A program made the translations under genes and the position numbers. Below the pieces are notes generated by a model. The model was given only the letters and a program-made list of their open reading frames with translations, ran no database searches and had not been told where the DNA came from. A stretch of 63,748 nt of DNA, filler included, from Neolecta irregularis DAH-3 (Eukaryota), in the NCBI GenBank assembly GCA_001929475.1. It is 7 parts of 7 records of this genome, joined end to end, with 100 filler letters (N's around TTAATTAATTAA, not from the genome) between each part and the next. Parts side by side here need not be neighbours in the genome. Positions count along the whole stretch, not along the records: positions 21,370 to 34,764 come from LXFE01000878.1; positions 34,865 to 39,213 come from LXFE01000879.1; 5 more parts are not named here. One strand, given 5' to 3'. Of the stretch, positions 27,312 to 38,243 are shown piece by piece (position 1 is the first letter of the stretch; each line of letters starts with the position of its first letter).

Positions 27312-28810
27312 ATGATGTTGAAGGCTTCCCTCTGTGCTTTCGCCCTCACCGGGGCTTTAGCAGCTAGTAAGTCATGTTTCTTAGTAACCCATGGAATTGC
27401 GGTCTTTGGAAGTCATTGACCGCAATCTCAACGCTACTGTGGCAATTGATGGCAGCTTTAGCCCATTATATGCTGCGTAATTGCCCCGTAATCCCTTGCC
27501 TAAGGTTTCGAAGTGGTGGTGGGGGTATATCTTGTTTTCATCCCCTATTTCATCATGATGTATATGCTGACTTTCCAGCCTGTTCAAATAGCAATGGCTT
27601 CCAGATTGCGAGTCAGGCAGATTTGGATGCCCTTCAGGACTGTCAGACCGTCAAGGGAGACGTCATCGTAACCAGAGACCTTCCATCCCTTAGCGTCCCA
27701 TCCGGTCTCACAGCCATTCAGGGAGACTTTTTGGTTGCTCAAGCTATCTCAATGACTTCTCTCACTGCTTCATCGTTGCAGTCTATCAGTGGAAAGTTCC
27801 AGCTATTGAACCTTACAATCCTCACCACCCTCAACATGCCCAGTTTAACTTCGGTTGGCACCCTAGACTGGACCACAGTGCCTGCTCTTCGGAGTTATGT
27901 TACAGCAATCACTACAGCCAATAGTGTTTCTATTATAGATACTAGACTTGAGGACTTAAGTGGCTTTAGTTTGAAAAGTCTTGGTGGAGCAAACATCAGT
28001 ATGCCGGTCTTTGATCATTGATTATGCTGACTTCTGTAGATAACAATCGGTATATGAAGCTTATTAGTCTAGGCAACCTTAGTTCTGCAACAGGAGCTAT
28101 CAGCGTTGCTTTTAATGCTGCTTCAGCCAGTGTTGATTTGTCTTCCCTGCTCAGTGCTGGAAATGTTTCATTAAACAACGTTGGTGATGTTTTTATCCCT
28201 CTTCTTGCAAATGTCTCTGGCTCCTTCAGTCTACATCAGTGTACATCGCAAAAGTACGCTGCGCCAAAATTGACCCTTGTCCAAGAATCCTTTTCAATCA
28301 TCGACAACTCTGCGTTGACAGACATCTCAATGCCCATCTTGAAGGAGGCAGGCAGCCCCTTATACAACAATAAATAACTTTTCAGGTCGAAGGTGGTTTT
28401 GTTATCGCGAACAATAGCGCGCTTGAGACTATCGGTGGTTTTCCAAAGCTTTCATCAATCGGTGGTGCGCTCGACGTCACCGGTGTTTTCTCAAATATCT
28501 CCTTCCCTGCTATTAGTGACGTTCGAGGCGATTTGAATGTTCAGTCTTCATCCAGCACCTTTGAATGCCCGCTTAATAATAATGATAACATTGTCCAGGG
28601 TCATTTCAATGTATTTTGTTTTCCTAGAACTTACTAAGCGATTAGTGCCAGGGCGGGCAGACTGCTCCAACCTCTCTAAATGGAGTGAAGTCTTCTACTA
28701 CGTCTTCCTCCTCACAATCAACTGGAAGCGGGAAGAAGGGTGGTGCTATCTTGTCGACTTCAATTAGCACACTTTCTGCTTTTGCAGTCATCCTCATCAT
28801 GCTTCTCTAG
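27312..28810 (+). CDS. ECM33: Ecm33/Pst1/Meu10/Sps2-family GPI-anchored cell-wall protein (4 introns; first 212 nt; one GC-AG)
   Basis: Signal peptide, IASQADLDALQDCQTVKGDV, receptor-L-like repeats (SLQSISGKFQLLNLTILTTLNMPSLTSVG; FPKLSSIGGALDVTG), Ser-rich tail and hydrophobic GPI signal. Confidence 0.9.
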
Positions 28811-29674
28811 ATCTTTCCATTTTAGGATTTCGCCATTGCGTAGACCTAAAATGCGACTACATTTAAAATCTGAAGGGTTAATAATCGTGGACTACTCATC
28901 TTGTACCCTGGTTCGCGTGTTCTTTATGTCTCGCGGTGCGCGAAATCGAGGTTTATTTTTCATTTTTCTCTTTCCTCGTTTCATTTTTCTTGGCTGCGTG
29001 GGCTTTTAAGAGATGTATCAATTTACTATTACTACTTTATGCTTTTGTAATCGCATGCTTTCAATCTTAGAATCGCGTTTACCTTGATTAGCCGTTTATG
29101 AATGCCTATTCCCTGACCATTTGACAAATGTGACGCCGACACTACGAATCAACCGAGTTGCGCTTTGTCCATGTAGACTAGCGCTGATCAAGAAGATTAA
29201 TTGCATTCGACATATGTCAAGCTTGTGGCAAATAAGCGCTAAACGTCACTTTTTCATCGCATTCCTCGGGTTACTTCCTACTGCCATCGAGACCCTTGAG
29301 TTTCACCCACCTCTAACTACCTTCGTCATTACTCCTGCACAACTGTTTTTCAGCACACTTTATTCATACTCCTGCATCCAGATCAAAGATATGTTCACTA
29401 TAATTTTACAATCATCGTTTCCCTGATTAAATACTTGTGAAACTAGGACATTGGATGGGATTGGATCATCTATAGCGCACTCGAACTGGGTCTCCGGTTG
29501 GTTGACTCTGGCTCCAGCTTACTTTGCCTCTTCCTTTTTCTCATGTTCACGTGTATTCTGCGGATGATCTATTAAAGCTATGGTAGTTCTTGGAAATAAA
29601 GCAGCCACTCAAGTTCCAAGCCTTTACTCTGGTCTTTCACCAGGCTCCAATCCATCTATATACCTCACCCCGGC

Positions 29675-29869
29675 TGTAAGTGTTGAAACTCGAGTTCGAA
29701 TAAGACCAGGTTTATTATACTAGGCTAAGTGACTGAACTTGCTGCGGACATACCTAGCCTAACCGACTGAACTTGGCTTGCTAATGAACGCCTATCTACT
29801 TTATATAATACAAATTAAATTGCCGTAATAGCCTTCCTTCCATAATGGTAAGCTCTGTATATGCTTACA
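29675..29869 (+). mobile_element. Solo LTR (195 bp) with target-site duplication
   Basis: Termini TGTAAG...CTTACA; CCCGGC flanks both sides (29669-29674, 29870-29875); internal similarity to three other copies in the window. Confidence 0.85.
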
Positions 29870-30620
29870 CCCGGCACGCGAACTTGGATTGTGTGCCTAT
29901 TAGGACTTTGGCTTGACAGTCACTCAGGCCTAGTCACTTCGAGTAAGTAGCTACTTGGACTTGTGGTACGAAATTGATATAGTAATCTTTTGGAGGATAT
30001 TTTGTCTATTGATTGGCTTTCCTCTGGTCAAAGTCTAGGTTTCTATGACCGATGGGGCTATTTCTGTTTCCTGAGTAGACCTGTAGGTGCTTGCATGTAG
30101 GACGGGTGAATAATGCTATTCATCCAGCAAGGAATCTGACCATCGTTTTTCTCGGTTTATCCAAGTCTGCAAAGCTCTAAAATTGCAGGCTGTGTGTTAC
30201 AGACTGAATCTCAGGTTAATGTCTAGTCAGACTAGACGCTACTTGTAGGAAATAAGCATGAGCAACTACCGGCATTGGCCTGCCACCTCTGGGTGTCGAC
30301 GCATATGATTTCCCATTAGGGGCCTGACAGTGGTGCTTGCTGCTCCGTCATTATCTTCTGTACGTCCAACGGTTTAGTGGTGCAAGCCACCAGCCGCATT
30401 GGTAAAGATTTACAGGGATATTACCTTACAGTCGGATATATCGAGTTGAAAAATACAAGTAATGGCGATAGGGATATCTTGTACTTTATTTTTGACAATA
30501 AATAATATACGTTGGTTCAAACTGTCTATTTCCACATATCGAAGCTGGCTGAGAAACTCCGATGGTCTCCCTCCGCTAACCTACTCTGCTGAACTGAATA
30601 TCGAACCAAACCTGCTTGAT

Positions 30621-30885
30621 ATGGCGAAATTCAACGCCCGCGTACATCATTACGATCATTCTCAATTTTTACCCAGCATAGACGATGATGGCACCTTTTG
30701 CTGCTTTCACGATGGCAGGAATTTTGTTTCTCTACGTGCGCTCGTCAATCCATTCCGCGAGGTATAATGCTGAGAGGATGAGGATTGAGGGTTATATCTA
30801 CCAAAACAATGGAAACGAGAGCTGCGAGTCGGGAGTAAATGAACCGGAGAAACTGACCAAGGATATCCAACAACGGCGCAAATAA
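30621..30885 (+). CDS. Small single-TM protein, fungal hypothetical (1 intron)
   Basis: MAKFNAR|TMMAPFAAFTMAGILFLYVRSSIHSARYNAER...; short GT-AG intron. Confidence 0.7.
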
Positions 30886-31412
30886 TTTCAGGAGGGTGAT
30901 TGGGAATGTTCTCGCGTAACTGACTGATACCAAGTTACTGGAATGGGGAAACTTTCCTTTTAGCGGAAAAGTCAATTCTAGTAACCGATTGTAACATTCC
31001 ATGAAACGGATTAATCATAATTCTCGAGCGTGTTAAAGATAGGACAAGTGAAATTATGCAAGCTGACGTATTTTGTTGATCGCTCCATACTACCACTTCA
31101 CCGCCTATGGTATCATCGGTACGAGTCACTGCGACGTAGGTCACAGCCGGATGTACAGTGTCAGCATTATACTTGCTGGTGAGCAGCCTTCAATTGACTC
31201 AAGACACGATTCTAGCCAAAGATTGCTTATACTTGGCGACTCAATTATCTATTATCACATTTGCAACGCTATAAAGCTGCCTAATAAACGCAGTCTCGCA
31301 GAATGGACCATATCATGTTTCTAGAAATGGAGAAGAACAATAGGCGCTCGAAGTATATTCCAGAGAAAGTCAGGGTAAAAATTGAATGTGTTGCCATGTT
31401 CCTTTCGCCATA

Positions 31413-31888
31413 TCAAAGTGAAGCGGGACTTTTGATAGATTTGACTTTGGTGACTTTTACTGAATCAAAATCTGCCTTCTCTTGGGCCTCTGCTTCAAGT
31501 TCTTTAATGATAGGCGTCAAATACCGAATGTCCTAATTAATTCAGACAAGACTTATCGGATATATACGTCTTCAGGTTTAGTCCATTCGTTTCTCGGTAG
31601 AATTTGATGAACACAGGCAAGTTGGTGGCCTCGTTTTAACCGGTAGAACCGATCATAAGTTTCTCTCTCAGACAACCTTCCAAGTGCCTTTTGTGCGATA
31701 GAGTGTTCTTCCATCAATAAGTCGTCGTATCTAGCATCAGAGTTTTTTGATTAGTAAGAATACTTGAGACCCATTTGTCGGTATCCCGACAATTGGACAA
31801 ATCTCTCAGCGGCGGGCCGGAGCATTGCAACAAGCCTTGGAAAGGATTTCTTAAGAGAGGGGTAGAGGGAATAACCAAGAATCGACAT
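31413..31888 (-). CDS. QCR7: Cytochrome bc1 complex subunit 7 (2 introns)
   Basis: FVQLSGYRQMGLK|YDDLLMEEHSIAQKALGRLSERETYDRFYRLKRGHQL...ILPRNEWTKPED|DIRYLTPIIKE. Confidence 0.95.
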
Positions 31889-32081
31889 GTTGGGGTTAGA
31901 TGGGTGGCGAGAAAGCTGAGGTTCTTTGCCCATGAGCGATAAATTAGATCACAAGATATATCCAAGCAATTTGTAATTTTCAATATCAATGTAATACCCA
32001 GTGAATGGAGCTTGTTCTATGTATCATGTGAGCTAAAACTGGGAATCATAGTCTAACCTACTGAAATCGAACCAACTTGAA

Positions 32082-33334
32082 ATGTCATCTTTTGGAACGC
32101 TTTTTAAAGTGACTACGTATGGCGAATCGCACTGTAAATCAGTAGGCTGTATAGTTGAAAATGTGCCGCCTGGTCTAGATATAACCGAAGCGGATATTCA
32201 ACCGCAACTTTCTCGCCGACGACCGGGGCAATCCGATTTAACCACTGCAGTATTATTTTCGCTTGATGGAAGGAAAGCTGACTGTCCAGCGAGATGAAAA
32301 AGATCGAGTGGAGATTCAATCTGGAACTGAATTTGGGGTTACTTTGGGAACGCCTATTGGAATGGTTATTAAAAACCAGGATCAGCGACCTCACGATTAC
32401 TCTGAAATGGACGATTATCCGCGTCCCAGTCATGCCGATTTGACTTATTTGCTTAAATATGGAGTTAAAGCGTCTAGCGGGGGAGGACGATCGTCTGCCC
32501 GAGAAACCATAGGTTATAAATTATTTACACGAGGCTTATAAACAGGTCGGGTAGCAGCTGGAGCCATTGCCGAAAAATATTTGTATCAAGCTTTTGGCAT
32601 TGAAATCGTAGGTTTTGTGTCGAGTGTGGGAACGGTGCATTTGGAGAATGTGACTGATTTACTGAATACACTGTCTAGAGTGCAAGTTGATCAGTATCCA
32701 ACCCGATGTCCGGATACGTGCACCTCTGAGAAAATGACACGGAGGATTCTTGAAGCGAAAGCGAATCAAGATTCGATTGGAGGAACTGTAACTTGTGTGA
32801 TTCGAAACGCGCCGAGTGGACTGGGCGAACCGTGTTTTGACAAGCTTGAAGCGAAACTAGCACATGCGATGCTTTCTATTCCTGCAACAAAAGCATTTGA
32901 AATAGGATCCGGGTTTGGAGGATGTCAATTTCCGGGATCGCAACATAACGATGTATATCAAATGTGAAAAGGGGTTGACTACTAGGTATATCAAATGGGT
33001 GAAAAGGGGTTGACTACTTTTACGAATAATTCTGGCGGGGTTCAAGGGGGGATATCCAATGGCGAGCACATTTACTTCAAGGTAGGGTTTAAATCGCCTG
33101 CGACGATTGGACTTGCTCAGAAGACTGCGAGTTATGCAGGTGTGCAAGGGGAACTGAAAGCCAAGGGACGCCATGATCCGTGCGTTGTGCCCAGGGCGGT
33201 GCCGATAGTGGAAGCAATGGCCGCTATGGTTATAATGGAGTATGTTATTTTCTGGCTGGGCTGATATCAGCGCGGTTCTTTTACAAAAGGCAAGACAAAG
33301 TGCTCGAGGGTTGTTGCCTCTAAATCAGCTGTGA
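32082..33334 (+). CDS. ARO2: Chorismate synthase (4 introns)
   Basis: [102 protein letters not shown]. Confidence 0.98.
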
Positions 33335-33338
33335 AGCA

Positions 33339-33715
33339 GATAATATCTATCAGCGAATATGATAATATCTATCAGCGAATATGATAATATCTATCAGCGA
33401 ATTGATAATATCTATCAGCGAATATGATAAATATCTAACAGCTGTGAATATGTATGAAACAGATATATACAAATATCGACAATATAAAAGTGAGATTAAA
33501 ATATCGCCAATATAGAAGTGAGATTAAAATATCGACAATATAGAAGTGAGATTAAAATATCGACAATATAGAAGTGAGATTAAAATATCGACAATACTTG
33601 AGATTAAAATATCCGCCAATATTCCAACCAACGAAATGATGTCAAATGAATATATCAACGAAATAAAGATGTCAAATGAGTATATCAACGAAATAAAGAT
33701 GTCAAATGAAAGTGT
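33339..33715. repeat. Three adjacent AT-rich minisatellites between convergent ARO2 and kelch genes
   Basis: 22-bp GATAATATCTATCAGCGAATAT x4+; 28-bp GAGATTAAAATATCGACAATATAGAAGT x4+; 30-bp CAACGAAATAAAGATGTCAAATGAGTATAT x~3. Confidence 0.92.
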
Positions 33716-33793
33716 AATGAAACGAATGTGATATCAACCTAATGGAGAGGAGAACGAGTACAAGAAGGATGGACGACATGTTGCATCGATTAA

Positions 33794-34764
33794 TTAATCA
33801 GGATTGACAACTCTGAGGTTCAGTTTGGGGCCAGTCCAGTAAGTGCTGTGCTGGACCATTCTGCCCGAGACTTTGCTTTCGGCATAGGCGTCGTCTGTAG
33901 TTTGGTCCTCGGGGGTCGTTTGCTCGCGGATATGGCGGAAGAGGTCTGGAGGGAGATATGTTTCTGGGGGAGGTTCCCAGGAGGGGTTATCGTGCCATGA
34001 CAGTGTGCGTTTTCGAGAACGGAGACGGCGGCGGCGGTAGAGGAGGATGCCGATGGCGCTGGACAGGACGAGGAGGGAGGGAAACGAGATGGAGAGGGCT
34101 TTGAGTGTGGAGGGGGAGATTGAGGGGGAGGGCGGCGACGAAGACGAGGGGGAGGAGGACGAAGACGAGGGGGAGGGTGAGGACGAGGGGGAGGACGAAG
34201 ACGAGGGGGAGGACGAAGACGAGGAGGACGAGGAGGACGAAGACGAGGAGGACGAAGAGGACGAAGACGAAGACGGCGAGTACTGGTCAACCCAGCGCAT
34301 CTGCACCGTGTCGAGGATCCACACGCGCTGGTTGAACGTGTTGGGCGAGTCCTTGCCAAAGAACAGCATCATGGCGCCCGAGGCAAAGACGGCCGAGTGG
34401 CCCGTGAGGTTTCCCGGCGCCGCGCCGGCCGGGCGCAGCACCGAGTACGACCACGACGCGAGATCGAGGCGCACCACGTCCGGCGGCACAAAGTCGTTGT
34501 AGAGCGAGCCGCCGTACACCAGCACCGAGTTGTCCGCCGCCGCAACCGCCGAGTGCCCGACCCTGCTCGCAGGCACGGCGCCCGTCACCGTCTGGAACGC
34601 CCACGTCGCCGTCCGCGGGTCGAACAGCGCCGCCTGCCGCAGGTCGATGTACGCCGCCGCCGCCGCAGAGCCGCCGAGCAGCAGATACCGCCCGTCCGCC
34701 AGCAGCGTCGACGAAAAGTACGCCGCGCCCACCGGCAGCGGCGTGCTGCCCGCCATGTCCGCCC
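33794..34764 (-). CDS. Kelch-repeat type I membrane protein with Ser-rich stalk; 5' end lost in gap
   Basis: YLLLGG, PASRVGHSAV...VLVYGG, PGNLTGHSAV...MLFFG kelch repeats; poly-Ser (TCx repeats ~34135-34275); TM then RRRRLR; tail ends LRVVNPD. Confidence 0.85.
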
Positions 34765-34882
34765 NNNNNNNNNNNNNNNNNNNNNNNNNNNNNNNNNNNN
34801 NNNNNNNNTTAATTAATTAANNNNNNNNNNNNNNNNNNNNNNNNNNNNNNNNNNNNNNNNNNNNACTTGCTTACTTGTTTAG

Positions 34883-35064
34883 ACTTGATAGATTTTTGGT
34901 ATTGCTATACAGAGAACCAACGTTGGAAGCCGGCGCCCCACATCTCAAGCTACCATGACTCCCCCAACGGTTCAGGACCCACTGAAGGCGACGCCGATCG
35001 AAGCAGCCTGAGCGTGGCAGGCAGCACCACCGAGCCAAGTCAGGACGAACATCAAAACCATTAA
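34883..35064 (+). CDS. Possible last exon of an unidentified gene truncated by the gap
   Basis: Pyrimidine-rich TTAG acceptor just after the gap, then an open frame (LIDFWYCYTENQRWKP...) to TAA. Confidence 0.35.
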
Positions 35065-35105
35065 TATAAATGTGAGTGCATGAATCACTAGATAAAGCCC
35101 TGTTA

Positions 35106-36063
35106 TCAAAACTTCCGAATATGCAAATCAACCCATTCTATTGCCATTGCCAAACACTTTTGCTGTTGGTCTGTCATATCGTAGAAATCAAATGCATGCC
35201 CCGCGTCCTCAACCTCAAGGAAATTGTACTCTACAGAGAATTCTTCCAGCTTATCTGCAAAAGATTCCGAGTCAGAAATAGGAATAATTCGATCCTCCAT
35301 TCCATGAAGAATGAAACTTGGTGGGAATCTCTCATTGATCAACTCGAGTGGTGTGTATTTAGATAATTTGGAGGCTTTTGCGCATAAGCTCGCTTGAAAC
35401 GCTCCTGATTGGATTAAGGAAAGAAACTGAGGAAGTCCAACAGGCGTATGTTCTGTAGGAAGAATTGGCTTTTGCTCAGATTTGTAAGAATATCGCTGCG
35501 AACCGATGTCCAACATTCCGTAGATCGAAACAAAGCATACAGGTTTTGGTTTATACATTGTGGTTGCCAGAGCTGCGAGATACGCACCTTCACATGATTA
35601 GTCTTCCGGCTTCAAAAGAAGACAGTGTTTTCTATACCAGAACCAGAGCCAGCTATAATCAGTTTCCCAGGATCGATCCTTAGGCGTATCCCGTCATGTG
35701 CGAGCGTTCTATTCAATTTTTCACGGACGAACTTTCCCGCATCTTTAACGTCCGTTACAATTACTTGAATTCCGACATCTGGTAAGCAACGGAAATCTGC
35801 GCTTATAAATGCATAGTCCTTCTTTAACGCATCAACGATTAGCCAAATCGGTAAATCGAGATCTCTAGATCCAGCCAACTAAGCTTGTCAATATGGCAAT
35901 GTCATATGTATACCAAGAAGCCGGTGTGAAAGAACATGACAACCGGACGAGGCTGCCTCTCCACCGTTGGATTCACCCCATACACGTCGATACAGAGTTC
36001 TTGCTTTCCTGGAGCAGCTTTGTAAACGTATGTAAATGGGGAAGGAAGACGGGAAGCAGGCAT
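35106..36063 (-). CDS. Alpha/beta hydrolase-fold (HSL/BD-FAE-like) protein with atypical nucleophile elbow (2 introns)
   Basis: TYVYK...CIDVY, PVVMFFHTGFL|LAGSR, FISADFRCLP, IDPGKLIIAGSGS|GAYLA, PPSFILHGMEDRIIP, AGHAFD. Confidence 0.85.
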
Positions 36064-37081
36064 GAATGCGCAGACTTTGCAAAGATATGACGAATACTTA
36101 TAGAACGAACTTCAGAAGGAGGGACCCTTGCTGATCATTTGTTGTACACTCCTATTTTTCGCATTGGAGAAACTGTCCAAGTCCATGATTAGATCGCCGA
36201 AAAGCTGCGGATAGGCGTGTAAGGGGTAGGAATCAAGTATGTTGTCGTAGCCCTAGTAGACCACCTCAGTATGTTTTTCTAATTTATATCTAGAAGAAGA
36301 AACTTGCTAGCTAGGATCCAGCCTTTCTTCTCGTAGATCGTATAAATATCTGGACGCTAGGGCTAGCCCTAATCTTCAAAATCGAACAAGTTTTCATTCG
36401 TCAGCACACCCTAACTTACCTGAAGTAAATTTTCTGTAAATAATTTAATTTAGCTGCTCTTCGTTCGGTTTCATTCATATTGTATGGATTATCTAAACTG
36501 TCGATTCAGTGCCAATCACTTCATCCACGTAATCATGCATGTACTAACTGTAATAGCCTTTCAAGTCTTTCGGCGTACTTCAATCTTTGGGATACAGCAA
36601 ATTCTTTGTAGTAGAACAGGAAATATTATTTTCAAATCTTTATCATAGGTGTGAAAAGTTTCAATTCTTCTACTTTATCGATTCGAATCACCTTTCAAGA
36701 AGGTTGAGGGCAGACACAAGCTGTTATCACGTATCACTGGTTGAATCCATATAGTGCCTTTTTTGAATTTAAATGATTAGGTTCTAGCCGTTCCAAACTT
36801 CCAGTTATAAGAGGAATAGTCAGTCAGGATTTCAAATTTTAACTCTTTTCGAGGCCATCTTTACCATAAAACACAGGTCGACCTGTTGATTCTTCGACCA
36901 GAAAGCTCCTGAATGAGATGACGTATTCCCTGTATTTTTCTTCCAGGATATTGTGTTTTTAATTACACCCATCCCATGAGTTGGATTCAAGTATGGAAAC
37001 AGGATGTACCAAAATGGTATATCTTACCAATACGGCAAGGTGGCTTGACGAGAAAGTTTTTCAAGGCGAAAATTAGATATT

Positions 37082-37244
37082 TGTAAGGACATAAGTCTTT
37101 ACCACACGTGAAGACGTTATCAATATTGCGCACATTCAATATTTGAGTATATTAACCTGCATGATTACGCATATCTAACCAAGTTCCCGCACTTAGGTTA
37201 GATTATAGAACCGAGTATCATTGTACTTCTGGCGATCATTTATA
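37082..37244 (-). mobile_element. Solo LTR (163 bp), same family as 29675, with 5-bp TSD
   Basis: Minus strand TATAAATG (decayed TGTAAGTG)...CTTACA; ATATT flanks both sides (37077-37081, 37245-37249). Confidence 0.8.
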
Positions 37245-37249
37245 ATATT

Positions 37250-37783
37250 CCTAGCCAAGTACAAATACTTGGGCTGCGGGCGGGCCGGTCAAAACGTTTC
37301 CGGCAGGCGGGCGGGCAGGTCAAGCCGTTATTTTTGACAATTAGGATAGGTGCAATACAATATTCACTAAATAACAGCATAGAATGACTTCTATCTGGCC
37401 ATTTCTTTCATTGGTGAAGTATGCTGCACATACAAAATTCATGTCGAATCATCCGGACCGTATCACGTGATCCATGACAATCTTGCGTGTGTAACTTTGA
37501 GCAAATTGCAATCAATGAACAATTGAACCAACCAACGTATTCAAACGAAACAAACACTATCTGGATCAGAATTTAAATGACACAATGATCAATATGATAA
37601 GCCTTGAACTTTGGGAGTATGTGCAGCATACTTCATCAACGAAAGAAATGGCCAGATAGAAATCATTTTATATTAGAATTTTTGGTTATTTAGTGAATTT
37701 GATTTTGCATATAAATTGAGATTCAAATTGACCCTCTCGCCGGAATAGTTTTTCGTTTAAGGGATACTGCTTGGTATACCTTA
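37250..37783. mobile_element. Foldback/MITE-like non-autonomous element with long inverted repeats
   Basis: Arms 37351-37433 and 37617-37709 are inverted, core 48/51 identical; terminal hairpins CCAAGTA-caaa-TACTTGG and TAAGGGATAC...GTATACCTTA; partial second copy at 21370. Confidence 0.65.
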
Positions 37784-38243
37784 CACGCACAGCAGGGATA
37801 ATGGCAAGGATATCATGGAGGAACGTTGTAATGTTTAAGGAATTATGTATAGTATATGGCCAGAATAAATTTTCTAGTTTTTTCTACCCACGCTCTCTCC
37901 AATTTTCATCTTCCTCATTTCACACAGTCATTCAGACTATATTTTATTTAAAGATTACGTTGGGCAATTCACACGGTGAGATGTTTTTTGAAACTGTTTC
38001 AAATTGCGTAGTCATTCAACCTACGTTTTATCTGAAGATCAGATTAGTTTGGCAAGTCACATTTTCCAACTCAGTTGTCATCAGAAGATAGATGACTATA
38101 CTGGATAATAATCAGAAAAAGAAAGGATTTGGGGGTTTTCATCAATTCTTTTCTATAAAAATATATAATCAATCTTGATTCTTCCACATATGGCATCAAA
38201 TTCCATAAAATTTCATAGAGTGGAGATTGGTGTGGTTTCGTGC

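Noticed and set aside
33339-33715. Regular 22-30 bp repeats as a possible CRISPR array
   Set aside because: Head-to-tail repeats without unique spacers, in a eukaryote with no cas genes; these are minisatellites.
34047-34502. Plus-strand poly-E/D ORF and other overlapping ORFs in GC-rich DNA (also 4063-4693, 19141-19795, 12862-13534)
   Set aside because: Antisense or alternate-frame shadows of real genes, repeats or pseudogene fragments; high GC suppresses stop codons.
36750-37050. Stop-interrupted minus-strand coding-like frame (YREYVISFRSFLVEESTGRPVFYGKDGLEK)
   Set aside because: No recognisable family; it may be a decayed gene but cannot be supported.
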